Assembly (NCBI GenBank): GCA_963662945.1
Contig: OY759974.1
Location: forward strand, 224,001 to 288,000
DNA length: 64,000 nucleotides
Source: Arcobacteraceae bacterium
GTDB taxonomy: Bacteria; Campylobacterota; Campylobacteria; Campylobacterales; Arcobacteraceae
Reading direction: 5' to 3'
The position numbers and the translations under genes were made by a program. The notes below the pieces were generated by a model. It searched no databases and was not told where the DNA came from. It was given only the letters and a program-made list of their open reading frames with translations. Positions 50,921 to 61,060 of the stretch are shown in pieces (position 1 is the stretch's first letter; the number at the start of each line of letters is the position of its first letter).

Positions 50921-53900
50921 ATGAAAACAATAGCACCAATTAGCAGTTCAACTGCAAGTAAATATTACTATGAAAAAGATCCTATCTTTAATCCTGATGG
51001 TAAAGATCAAGCTAATATTGAATGGTATGGACAAATAGCAAAAGATTTTGGTATTGAAGGCAAAAATATTACAGGAGAAGAAGCTTACAATCTGTTTCAA
51101 GGTAAATCATTAGATGGTGAGGAACAATTATTAGATAGATCAAAATCTATAACAAGTGGTAATGAAAGAGCTGTATTTGATGCAATTTTAGCACCACCAA
51201 AACCTGTTTCAGCATTAGGATTAATGGAAGGTGGTGATAAAAGAATACTTGAACTTCATAAACAAGCTGTAAAAGCTACTATTGAGCATACTGAAAAAAA
51301 TATAATTGCTACAAGAGGTTATATTAAACAAGAAGATGGTTCTACTAAAAGAGAAACATATAAAACAGGTAATGCTTTGATTGCAAGTGTTAGTCATAGC
51401 ACTAATAGAAATAATGATTTGCATATGCACAATCATATGCTTATTTCAAATATGACTTATGATAAAAATACTAATTCTTATAAATCTTTAAATTTGGATT
51501 TTGTAAATGATCCAAAAGAAATGAACTCTGTTTATCAAAGTGAAATGATGAAAGGTATGAGAGAATTAGGTTATCAACTTGAAATTAGAGATAATGGTGC
51601 TTGGAATGTGGTTGGTTTTGATGAAAAAACAATTGAAGCAATGAGTACAAGAAAAGAAGAAATTGTTGATGCTAAATCAAAATTAGATTCTGATAATATT
51701 AATAAAATGACTAATAGAAAATTAGGATATGAAACTAAAAATGATAAAAATCCTAATATTACAGAAAAAGATATTCAAGAAAGAGCAAAAAATCAATTAG
51801 CTTCTGTTGGTACTACTATTCAAGAATTAAAAGAAAATGCTTTAAATCAGGGAAAATATGTTAATTATTTCTCAAGTGCAAAAGAAGTATTAGAATATAC
51901 TGCTGAAAAACTAACTCAATCAGATGCAAGATTTACTGAAAGAGAATTATTGAGTGCTGCTTCAGAAGTTGCACAAGGTGAATTTACTCATAAAGAATTA
52001 AAAAATGAATTAAGTAATGTAAAAAAGATTGGACAAAAAGAAAATAATGAACTTAAAAGATTAGGAACTGATCAAAAAGGTAATGAAGTTTTTACTACTA
52101 AAGAGATGCACCAAATTGAGAAAGAAAATATTCAATCTGTTAAAAATAATATTCAAGTTAATGGAATTATGACTAAGGAACAGGCTGAAGAAGCATATAA
52201 AGATTTTGCTAAAGAATATTTTGAACTTACAAAAGGTCAAAAAGATGCAGGTTTTCAAATATTAACTTCTACTGATCAAATTGGTGCAATTCAAGGTGAT
52301 GCAGGTACAGGTAAAAGTACAATGCTAAAATTTGTTGCTCATGCACTTGAATATCAAAATAGTAATGTTAAAGTTGCAGTTTCATCTTTAAGTAATAAAG
52401 CTGTTGAAGGTGCAAAAGGATTTTCACAAACTAAAGATGGTAAATCTTTTGAAGGTAGAACACTTCATAACTTAACTAAACAAGATGGTTTAAATAACTT
52501 TGTTAAAGGTGATCAAAAAGGACAAACTCAAAGAGTTAAAGATATTTCAAAAAATTTGAATGATATTCATTTATCAACTGGTAGTAAATCATTTAGTAAT
52601 AATAAAGGTTTTTCTATTGATCCAATGAATAAATTCTCAATAAATAGTTTTAAAAATTTTGAAACTTCAAGTAAAAGTTCAAAAACTAATTATCTTACTG
52701 GTTCTACTACTTATAAAAAAATAACAAAAGTTAAATCAGGTGAACATAAAGGTGCAACTAAAAATGAATCAACTACTGTAAATCAAAGTGGAACTTCTAT
52801 TAAATATCAATCAACAATTAAAGCAAATAATGGTGAAGTTTTTAAACAAAAAATTGAAACATTTAGTCCTGTAAAACTTGGTGGTAGAAATGGAAGTCCT
52901 ATTGCTAAGTTGGGTGAAAAAGTTATGTCAAGTTCTCATAGAGAAGTTAAAAATGATAAAGGTTTTTCTAAAGATAATAAATATTCAATTGCTGGAATTA
53001 CTTTTGAACATAAATCTGCACAAACATCTTATGGTGATCAACATAAAATGGGTATGAATATTTTAGGACTTGCTAAAGCTGAAAAAAATATTAGATCAAA
53101 TCAAACAAAAGATGGTTTAAAAGATACTACTGAAACAAAATTTAGTTTAATGGGATTAACTACTAAAAATATAGTTGAAGAAACTTATAATAAACAAGGT
53201 GAATTAACAAGTAAAGTATCAGTTAATGAAAAATCATTTATGGGTATTACTATTGGTAGAACCACTACATTAGATGATAAATCAAAAGATACTCATAATT
53301 ACTCAAAAAATGAAGATAAAATAAATAATCCAAAATTAGTTGATCAAAAAGAAATTTCTAATAAAGATGAAATGAAACAAGAATCAAAAAATATGGATAA
53401 AGATATAAAATCTGATAAAAAAGAAACTGCTTTATTGGTAGTTGATGAAGCAAGTATGATGAGTGCAAAAGATATGAATGTTATTTTTAAAGAAGTTGAA
53501 CAACTTAGTAAAGAGGGTTATAATGTAAGAGTTGAATTAATGGGTGATTCAAAACAATTACAAGCAATTGGTAGTGGTTCTTCATTTGATCAAATTAAAG
53601 AACAATTAGGTGATAAAGTAGCTGAAATGACTGAATCACAAAGACAAAGAAATACAACTGAACAAGGTATTACTAATCCTATTGCTCAAAAAGATATTAA
53701 AACTGCTTTTGATAATATGGAAAAAGCAGGTGCAATTAAAGAAGTTAAAGATCCTGATCAAAGAATTAATGCTGTGGTTGATGCAATTACTAAAAAAGAA
53801 AATGTTGATATTCAAAATTTTAAAGGTGAAACTGAAACTAAAAATATTGATTATAAAAATACAATTGGTTTAGCTTCTACTAACAAAGAAAATCAAGCAA

Positions 53901-54970
53901 TCAATGCAGGTGTTAGAAATGAATTAAAAAATCAAGGTTTAATCAAAAATGAAGTAAAAACTTCAATTAATGTTGGTGTGTTAAAAAATAGTATTAAACA
54001 ATCAAATGCTGTTAATTATGAAAAAGGTATGGAAGTAAAAACTTTTGAAAAAGTTAATGGAATGGCAAAAAATACTAATTATAAAGTAGTTGATATTAAT
54101 AAAAAAAATAATAGTTTAACACTAAAAACAACTGAACCTGATAAAAATGGTAATCATAAATATACTAATGTTAAAACAAAAGATATTGCAGGAAAAGTTA
54201 CTATTTCACAAAAAGAAGAAAGATCTTTTGGTGAAGGTGATAAAATTAGAATTACTGAAACTAATAAAAAAGCAGGTTTAACAAATTCTGATCAAGGAAT
54301 TATCACTAATATGGATCAAAAAAATAAAATTGCTACTATTGATTTTGGTGAAAAAGGAACTAAGCAAGTTGATTTAAAACAACAAAAAGGGATTGAATAT
54401 GGTTATTCAATGACAAATCACTCTGCTCAAGGAATTTCTGTTGATAGAGTTGTTGCAACTTTTGATACTTCAAAAAATGCTCAAATGAATACTATGAATA
54501 GTACATATGTTGCTATGTCAAGACAATCTGCAAAATCAGTTGCAATTACAGATAATAAAGAAAATTTGATGAATCAAGCAAGTAAAGAAGCTAAAAATGT
54601 TAGTACATTAGATAATCTAAAAGATGAAAAATCTAATAATAAAGTTGATCAAAAAACTGAAAATCAATCTAAAGAAAAGAATGATGTTTCAAAAGATAAA
54701 CTTGAAATTGATTCAAATAGTATCAAAGATGAAAAATCTAATAATAAAGTTGATCAAAAAATAGAAGATCAAAAAGATAAATCTGTTGATAAAGATAAAG
54801 TTAATAGAGTTGAAAGACAAACTATTAATGATTTAGGTGATTCAAAAAAATCTAATGATAAATTTAAAGCATTAGATAATATTAAAGATGAAAAATCAAA
54901 TGATATTTCAAAAGATAAATCTGATCAAAAAATTCAATCACCTCAAAAAGATCAAGGTATGTCAAGATAA
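50921..54970 (+). CDS. MOBF (TrwC/TraI-like) relaxase-helicase
   Basis: YYY..WYG, FDAILAPPKPVS, HSTNRNNDLHMHNH, QGDAGTGKST, VVDEASM, GDSKQLQAIGSG, YSMTNHSAQG, YVAMSR. Confidence 0.92.
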   Translation: MKTIAPISSSTASKYYYEKDPIFNPDGKDQANIEWYGQIAKDFGIEGKNITGEEAYNLFQGKSLDGEEQLLDRSKSITSGNERAVFDAILAPPKPVSALGLMEGGDKRILELHKQAVKATIEHTEKNIIATRGYIKQEDGSTKRETYKTGNALIASVSHSTNRNNDLHMHNHMLISNMTYDKNTNSYKSLNLDFVNDPKEMNSVYQSEMMKGMRELGYQLEIRDNGAWNVVGFDEKTIEAMSTRKEEIVDAKSKLDSDNINKMTNRKLGYETKNDKNPNITEKDIQERAKNQLASVGTTIQELKENALNQGKYVNYFSSAKEVLEYTAEKLTQSDARFTERELLSAASEVAQGEFTHKELKNELSNVKKIGQKENNELKRLGTDQKGNEVFTTKEMHQIEKENIQSVKNNIQVNGIMTKEQAEEAYKDFAKEYFELTKGQKDAGFQILTSTDQIGAIQGDAGTGKSTMLKFVAHALEYQNSNVKVAVSSLSNKAVEGAKGFSQTKDGKSFEGRTLHNLTKQDGLNNFVKGDQKGQTQRVKDISKNLNDIHLSTGSKSFSNNKGFSIDPMNKFSINSFKNFETSSKSSKTNYLTGSTTYKKITKVKSGEHKGATKNESTTVNQSGTSIKYQSTIKANNGEVFKQKIETFSPVKLGGRNGSPIAKLGEKVMSSSHREVKNDKGFSKDNKYSIAGITFEHKSAQTSYGDQHKMGMNILGLAKAEKNIRSNQTKDGLKDTTETKFSLMGLTTKNIVEETYNKQGELTSKVSVNEKSFMGITIGRTTTLDDKSKDTHNYSKNEDKINNPKLVDQKEISNKDEMKQESKNMDKDIKSDKKETALLVVDEASMMSAKDMNVIFKEVEQLSKEGYNVRVELMGDSKQLQAIGSGSSFDQIKEQLGDKVAEMTESQRQRNTTEQGITNPIAQKDIKTAFDNMEKAGAIKEVKDPDQRINAVVDAITKKENVDIQNFKGETETKNIDYKNTIGLASTNKENQAINAGVRNELKNQGLIKNEVKTSINVGVLKNSIKQSNAVNYEKGMEVKTFEKVNGMAKNTNYKVVDINKKNNSLTLKTTEPDKNGNHKYTNVKTKDIAGKVTISQKEERSFGEGDKIRITETNKKAGLTNSDQGIITNMDQKNKIATIDFGEKGTKQVDLKQQKGIEYGYSMTNHSAQGISVDRVVATFDTSKNAQMNTMNSTYVAMSRQSAKSVAITDNKENLMNQASKEAKNVSTLDNLKDEKSNNKVDQKTENQSKEKNDVSKDKLEIDSNSIKDEKSNNKVDQKIEDQKDKSVDKDKVNRVERQTINDLGDSKKSNDKFKALDNIKDEKSNDISKDKSDQKIQSPQKDQGMSR

Positions 54971-55015
54971 AAAAAGGCAAAAAAAAACAGGGAAAAAATC
55001 CCTGTTAATATTTTT

Positions 55016-55819
55016 TTAAAATGATGAAGAGAATGAACCCTTCACACCTGAATATTCTTCATTATATCCAACTGATATAGTTAAAACTGCATTTTTATAT
55101 TTATATCCAAATCCTGCCCCAACTGCACTTGCACCATTGAAATTCACTATATTTATAGCAAAACTTCTACTACCATTATTAAAATTAAAATCTAAGTTTG
55201 TTGCCATACCTGCACTTATTTTTAGATTTTCTCTTTTATCTATATCTTTTATACTTGCTTCTAATGCTGATATTCTATTTGAATTATTTGCAATATTAGA
55301 TGTATTAGTTGCAATATTTTCAGTATTTATATTAATTTTTCCTCTATTTTCACTAATATCACTTGTATTTTGAGCAATATTAGCTGTATTTGTTGCAATG
55401 TTTGATGTATTTGTTGCTATATCATTAGTGTTTTGAGCAATATTAGTTATATCACTTGTATTTTGAGCAACATCATTTTGTAAATCACTAATATCATTAG
55501 TGTTTTGTGTAATATTATCTGTATTAGTTACAATATCATTAGTATTTTGAGCAACATCATTTTCTAAATCAACTATATTAAAACCAACACAAGAACCATC
55601 ACTTTGCCAAGTATCATTTATAGTATTATCATCACCATCATCACAATCTGAACCAATAGTATAACCACTACAATATCCACCAATCAATGTATGCCAAGTA
55701 TCATTTACTGTATTAGCATTACCATCATCACAAGCATCCCCTTCTTCTAATGCTTGTAATTCACACAATACACCTGATATTAATAATAAAAATAATTGAA
55801 AGTGTTTTTGTTTTAACAT
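55016..55819 (-). CDS. Small YadA-like trimeric autotransporter adhesin
   Basis: Signal peptide, two CDDG..NT.NDTW repeats, IAxNTxx heptad stalk, beta-rich anchor ending in F. Confidence 0.7.
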   Translation of the reverse strand: MLKQKHFQLFLLLISGVLCELQALEEGDACDDGNANTVNDTWHTLIGGYCSGYTIGSDCDDGDDNTINDTWQSDGSCVGFNIVDLENDVAQNTNDIVTNTDNITQNTNDISDLQNDVAQNTSDITNIAQNTNDIATNTSNIATNTANIAQNTSDISENRGKININTENIATNTSNIANNSNRISALEASIKDIDKRENLKISAGMATNLDFNFNNGSRSFAINIVNFNGASAVGAGFGYKYKNAVLTISVGYNEEYSGVKGSFSSSF

Positions 55820-56145
55820 AATTTATCCTTTCTATTAAATGTACAAGTTGAACATTTTTCATAAAAAATATCTAAATCACAAACAACACATCTATGATCA
55901 AAATCTTTATTATTAATATCTCTGAATTTGGTTGTATTTCTGTTTTTTGTTGAACAATACACAACATTAGATGTTGGATCAAATAGTAATTTATTTGCTA
56001 TATAAGTAGATAAAGTTGGATTTAATGCTAAATTTCTTCTCACTAACATTGAAGGATCATTTGATAACTCTTCTTGCACCTTATAATCAACTGTTTTTAT
56101 TGCTATTTCTAATTTTTCTTTGTGTGTTAATTTACTTGTGTTCAT
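55813..56145 (-). CDS. LRV-like repeat protein with CxxC/CxxC tail
   Basis: LSNDPSMLVRRNLALNP; CVVC...CSTC. Confidence 0.6.
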   Translation of the reverse strand: MNTSKLTHKEKLEIAIKTVDYKVQEELSNDPSMLVRRNLALNPTLSTYIANKLLFDPTSNVVYCSTKNRNTTKFRDINNKDFDHRCVVCDLDIFYEKCSTCTFNRKDKLC

Positions 56146-56309
56146 AATCTTATTTCCTTGTGTTTTAAAATTTGTTATACTTTGTTATAAGACAAACTTT
56201 TCAGAAATAATATTTTTAATACTTTTTATTAAATGATTTTAATCAGGAAAAATTAGACATAAAAAAACCTTCCCTGTTAAGAGAAGGTTGAATGAAATAA
56301 TTGTTGAGT

Positions 56310-57305
56310 TTATTTATAATTTGAACATATACCTTGTGCATAATATCTTACTTGTCCATTCTTATCATAAGTAAAATTACCTGCAATTTGTTCTGTATTA
56401 ACTCCAATAACTGTACCATCATTAAGTGATCTTAATTCAATAATATTTTGATTACTATATACTTGAATAATTATATATGTATGTGAAGTATCAACCATTG
56501 ATTTATTAGCTAAATTCACAATATCTACACCATTATTGAATTTAATTTTTGTTCCTTTTTCATAATAATCTTCAGTTATTTGATTTTTCTTTTGATCAAA
56601 ATTAACATTGTAGTTACTTGTAAAAATTTCTTTATCAATAAATTGATCAGCTCTATTAAATTCACCTTGAATAACTAAATTTAAGAATTTCCAAAATTTA
56701 GGATCTCTATATCCTACACCTCTAACTTTTGATTGATTACCATTTTTCCAAATTGAATAAGCAAAATTAGTTGCACTAATCCCATCCCCTTTAGAATATC
56801 TTTCAGTTCCATATTTATAAGTTCTAAATCCTTTTGCAAATGGTGGGTTAGTTTCAAGAATCTTTTTAAAACCTGCATCTGAATTAAGTCCTGCATCAGT
56901 CAATCTAAACATATATGAAAAAGTATTATATAAAAGATTTATATCACCATCATTTTTATATTTTTGATCAATATGATGAATATATCCTTCAACTTGAGAA
57001 CAAAATCTTCCTGTATTATAATTATACACATCACCATCAGTAGATTTAATTTGAAAATTATAATCCATACCAATAAAATCTGACATAGCAATTTTACAAG
57101 ATTTAATTGCTACTACTTCATTAACTCTTATTGAAGAATCTGAAGTATCTCTATTATCTAAATTAATAGCATTTTTATCAAATATTGATGCTAAATTCCC
57201 ATCAATATTTGAACAGAATTGTTTTTTCTCTGCTTCTGTATTAGCATATGCACTTATTGATAATGCACCTATTAGTGCTATTGTTGTTATTGTTTTTTTA
57301 AACAT
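56310..57305 (-). CDS. Secreted hypothetical protein, KKTITTIAL paralogue family
   Basis: GMDYNFQIK, HIDQKYKNDGDINLLY, DPKFWKFL. Confidence 0.75.
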   Translation of the reverse strand: MFKKTITTIALIGALSISAYANTEAEKKQFCSNIDGNLASIFDKNAINLDNRDTSDSSIRVNEVVAIKSCKIAMSDFIGMDYNFQIKSTDGDVYNYNTGRFCSQVEGYIHHIDQKYKNDGDINLLYNTFSYMFRLTDAGLNSDAGFKKILETNPPFAKGFRTYKYGTERYSKGDGISATNFAYSIWKNGNQSKVRGVGYRDPKFWKFLNLVIQGEFNRADQFIDKEIFTSNYNVNFDQKKNQITEDYYEKGTKIKFNNGVDIVNLANKSMVDTSHTYIIIQVYSNQNIIELRSLNDGTVIGVNTEQIAGNFTYDKNGQVRYYAQGICSNYK

Positions 57306-57457
57306 ATTTTGTTTCCTTTAAATTTTAATTTGTTTAGGAAAAATTAATTCCCCTACTTAGTTATATCAAAAATAAAAAATAAAAATATTTTTTAATATTT
57401 TTTATTAACTTCTTGATCAAAAAAAATCCACACTTAATAAAAAGTGAGGATTAATTA

Positions 57458-58135
57458 CTATAAAAGTATTTTAATAGCTTCAGATCTAATTTTTTTACCA
57501 TCATATTCTTCAACTAATTTATCAGCACTTTCAAAATTTTGTTGTATTATGTATGATAAAAATTGATGAAATTTAGGATCATTAAATCCTACATATCTTT
57601 CAGATCCTTGATAACCACTTTGAAAAATGAAGTCAAACATTTCACAAGCATGATAATTATAAACTTTTAATGATAAAATATTTTCACCATAAAATGTGTT
57701 TCTTAATATAGAATTATTAGGAATAAATTTTATAAGTTCACTATTTTTATTTATTCCTCTACTAAAAAATGAAACATATGAATATAAAAGTTCAATATTA
57801 TCTTCTTTCTTATATCTATCATAAATATGTTCTATATATTTATTAAGATTTTTTCCAAATCTTATAAGATTATATGTTCTCATGTTCCCTGAAACATCTT
57901 TAATTGTAAAACCATAATCCATTCCAAGTAATTTTATTGTTGTATTACAATATCCACCACCATTTGAATCACCAAACCATCCAACTTGTTTGTATCTTTC
58001 AACATCTATTTTATTACTAATAGTTGATTGTAATCCATTAACAATTTTTTGATCTATTGGATTTAATGATTTTCCAAATAAACTTATTGATAATGCACCT
58101 AATAGTGCTATTGTTGTTATTGTTTTTTTAAACAT
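57458..58135 (-). CDS. Secreted hypothetical protein, KKTITTIAL paralogue family
   Basis: GMDYGFTIK, HIYDRYKKEDNIELLY, DPKFHQFL. Confidence 0.75.
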   Translation of the reverse strand: MFKKTITTIALLGALSISLFGKSLNPIDQKIVNGLQSTISNKIDVERYKQVGWFGDSNGGGYCNTTIKLLGMDYGFTIKDVSGNMRTYNLIRFGKNLNKYIEHIYDRYKKEDNIELLYSYVSFFSRGINKNSELIKFIPNNSILRNTFYGENILSLKVYNYHACEMFDFIFQSGYQGSERYVGFNDPKFHQFLSYIIQQNFESADKLVEEYDGKKIRSEAIKILL

Positions 58136-58137
58136 AA

Positions 58138-58431
58138 TTAAATACCACTCATTTGTTCTTGACATAAACTCATTGATGTAAAAAACAGATAAATATATTT
58201 TTCATTATAATGAATTACAGATGTACCACCTGCACTTTCTACAATGAACTGTTTTTGTGTCACTATATCTCTTAATTTATCTTCTGTATATTCACATTCT
58301 TTATTAGCAAGATTATAAAAAATATTTGCTTCTTCATTTGTAAGTGATCTTTTTTCCCATTTTACATCTGCCATTGCACTTGTTGATAATGCACCTAATA
58401 GTGCTATTGTTGTTATTGTTTTTTTTAACAT
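58138..58431 (-). CDS. Small secreted protein sharing the same signal peptide
   Basis: MLKKTITTIALLGALSTSAMAD; mature part unrelated. Confidence 0.7.
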   Translation of the reverse strand: MLKKTITTIALLGALSTSAMADVKWEKRSLTNEEANIFYNLANKECEYTEDKLRDIVTQKQFIVESAGGTSVIHYNEKYIYLFFTSMSLCQEQMSGI

Positions 58432-58603
58432 ATTTTGTTTCCTTTAAATTTTAATTTGTTTAGGAAAAATTAATTCCCCTACTTAGTTATATCAAGAAAA
58501 TAAAATAAATATATTTTTTAATACTTTTTATTAAGTTCTTGATATTTTATGTTCAATAGAACATATTAAAATAATTTTTTTATTTCAAAATCAAATAAAA
58601 TAT

Positions 58604-58963
58604 TTAATCATCATATCCCATATAGTTCACATCATCATAAAATTCTTTTGCACTTAATCCTAAACTTAAAGCAAAAAAAGCAACTATAAATCCAACTATT
58701 ATTGCTATTATCCAATGTTGTGAAGATATTGCTAATGAAAATCCAAATATTCCCCATCCTATTGAATAAGCATATATTAAATAATCACCAAATTTTGTTT
58801 GAACAATAAACCATAAAACAAAAAATAATATAAATCCAAAAAAACCATTATCAGTTATATTTGATAAAATAAAACTCAAAATAATAGTTGTAATAGTAAA
58901 ATATCCTATTCCTACATTATTCACCTCTGATTGATTATTCCCTTGTCTTATATAACTACCCAT
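58604..58963 (-). CDS. Hypothetical 4-TM membrane protein
   Basis: Hydrophobic segments; AAGGA RBS. Confidence 0.7.
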   Translation of the reverse strand: MGSYIRQGNNQSEVNNVGIGYFTITTIILSFILSNITDNGFFGFILFFVLWFIVQTKFGDYLIYAYSIGWGIFGFSLAISSQHWIIAIIVGFIVAFFALSLGLSAKEFYDDVNYMGYDD

Positions 58964-59005
58964 TTTAAATCCTTTTTTTTAATTACATAAAAGCCAAATT
59001 GACTT

Positions 59006-59518
59006 TTATGCTACTCTGTATATTCTCCCATTATGTAAATCATAATCAAAAGATAAATCACTTGCCATTGCATCAACATCAAGATAGTTTTCTAAATGTG
59101 GTGGTATTTCTCCAAATAAACCTTGATCAATAAATTCCCAAGCTAAATCTTTGAAATTATCATAATCATAAACTTCTAAATCATCAACTTTATTAATTGC
59201 TTCTTCTACTGAATAATTTAAACTATCTGTTAAATATGATAAACTTTCTATCTGATCATCATCTAAATCTAAATTATTATATGTATTAAATACTTCTTCA
59301 ATATTTGAATTTTCTGTAATAATTCCTAAAAAATCATTTTCCCAGTCTGCCATAAATAGTTCTAAATCATCTGAATTAAGTCCATTTAGTCTTTTAGCTT
59401 CTTTTACATACTCATAAATCTCTTCTATATCTGTTTCTTGATCAAACCATTTACATAATAATATTCCTCCATTGTTATATAATTCCCATTCTTCTACTGC
59501 TATACTTAGATTTTCCAT
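59006..59518 (-). CDS. ardA: Antirestriction protein ArdA (type I RM DNA mimic)
   Basis: YNNG..W, ELFMADWE, GEIP..L.NYLD..A.A.DL; very acidic. Confidence 0.88.
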   Translation of the reverse strand: MENLSIAVEEWELYNNGGILLCKWFDQETDIEEIYEYVKEAKRLNGLNSDDLELFMADWENDFLGIITENSNIEEVFNTYNNLDLDDDQIESLSYLTDSLNYSVEEAINKVDDLEVYDYDNFKDLAWEFIDQGLFGEIPPHLENYLDVDAMASDLSFDYDLHNGRIYRVA

Positions 59519-60065
59519 TGTAATTTCCTTATAAAATGATTTTTCCTTTTAGAAGATTTTTTTAAGAGGGCTTGGAGATTTTTGTAATAACTTTTAATTA
59601 AGTTAAAACAATCCTCACCCTTTTAATCAACTTTCAGGATTTTTCCCCTTAGTTAGTTTCTTCAATCAGGCTTTGAAAATTAAATTGTCATTTTCATAAC
59701 TTAGAATAAAATACAAATTAGTATAATTTTATATTTAGTGTAAGTTTGCAATATGTAAGATTTGAATTGGAAAAGTTTGAAGAAACTCAATAAGATGAAA
59801 AATAAAAGTTGATCAATAAAGGTGATTGGTTTTATTAATGATATGTAATAAAAAGTTATTACCAAAATTTTAGTTTTTTGTGTTTGAATGTAATGAAAAC
59901 TTATATTATTTGATCAAAGTTTAAATGCTAAGTATTTATAATTTATGTTCTTGATCAAATACCTTGAAATTTTTTTGTTTCTTTTTTAAAAGAAATATTC
60001 ATATTTAAAAATATGAATAATGTTTTAATATATAAAAAAGGTAAATACCATTTATATATATTATT
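59516..60065 (-). promoter_or_regulatory. Conserved upstream repeat with long stem-loop (Frpo/ssi-like), copy 1
   Basis: Homologous to 61990-62527; arms at about 59580-59665 and 59777-59868. Confidence 0.7.
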
Positions 60066-60070
60066 AATTA

Positions 60071-60250
60071 AGTATCTGAATAAAGTTGTTGAAACAAGTC
60101 AAGATTTTTAATTATCCTTGTGAAGAGAGTATTGCCAAATACTTAAATATTATCATAGAGATATGAAATATTTTTCTGATCAAAAAAACCATAACAAATA
60201 ATTCAAATGATGAAAAAAATACTTCATAGTATTTTTGTAATCTTTTGTTT
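60071..60250. repeat. Non-coding repeat module, copy C (diverged hairpin)
   Basis: Shares AGTATCTGAATAAAG...CTGATCAAAAAA with copies A and B. Confidence 0.85.
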
Positions 60251-60327
60251 AATTACCTTTCAAATAATAATGGATTTTTTCAAGGTCTTTATTGACTTTA
60301 TCCATTGCACCTAATAGTGCTTCATTT

Positions 60328-60720
60328 TTATTTATAAATAATTATATCTGATATTAATGCAAGAATTTTATCATCACCCTCATTTTCTTGTAAGTATTCT
60401 CTTAGCTCTTTAAAATTATTTATAATTCTGTTTTTTACATACTGATATAAATCTGCATCTATTAATTCTTTTTCTAATTTTTCATCAATATTTTTTCCAT
60501 TATCAACAAAAACTAAATCATATTTTACTTTTATTTCTGTTGTATTACTTTCTAACTTATAATCATTATATTTTGGATCAATAGAATAATCTATTTTTTT
60601 TAGATCACCATTAACAAATTCACCTTGTGCAATTATTTTATTATTTGATTTAAAATCAAATCCAATATATCTTATTGCAACTCTATTTGTTTCTAATAAT
60701 TGTTCTAATTTTTCATACAT
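60328..60720 (-). CDS. Hypothetical protein
   Basis: ORF with AAGGA RBS. Confidence 0.65.
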   Translation of the reverse strand: MYEKLEQLLETNRVAIRYIGFDFKSNNKIIAQGEFVNGDLKKIDYSIDPKYNDYKLESNTTEIKVKYDLVFVDNGKNIDEKLEKELIDADLYQYVKNRIINNFKELREYLQENEGDDKILALISDIIIYK

Positions 60721-60803
60721 TATATTCCTTTATTTTTAAAGCAAATATTATATTCAAAATAACTTTAATTATTCTATTTTAACTCTTCTTTTGAATCTTT
60801 TGT

Positions 60804-60986
60804 TTAATTACCTTTCAAATAATAATGGATTTTTTCAAGATCTTTATTGACTTTATCCATTGCACCTGTATAGCTCCAACATATAGTTTTATCTTCTTCA
60901 ACATAGTTTTCAATTAACTCTTTAATTTCTTCTAACAATACTAATGCTTTATTTTTATTTTGTATATATACTTTTGTTGATGTCAT
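60804..60986 (-). CDS. Small hypothetical protein
   Basis: AGGAG RBS; 3' end duplicated at 60239-60312. Confidence 0.6.
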   Translation of the reverse strand: MTSTKVYIQNKNKALVLLEEIKELIENYVEEDKTICWSYTGAMDKVNKDLEKIHYYLKGN

Positions 60987-61060
60987 TTGTTTCTCCTATA
61001 ATAAAAATTCACCAATTTTAAATATTAAATCATCTACTTTTTCTAATATCTCTTTTAATT

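Noticed and set aside
52500-53420. Relaxase insertion as an intein
   Set aside because: No HN-C/S/T splice junction or LAGLIDADG motif seen
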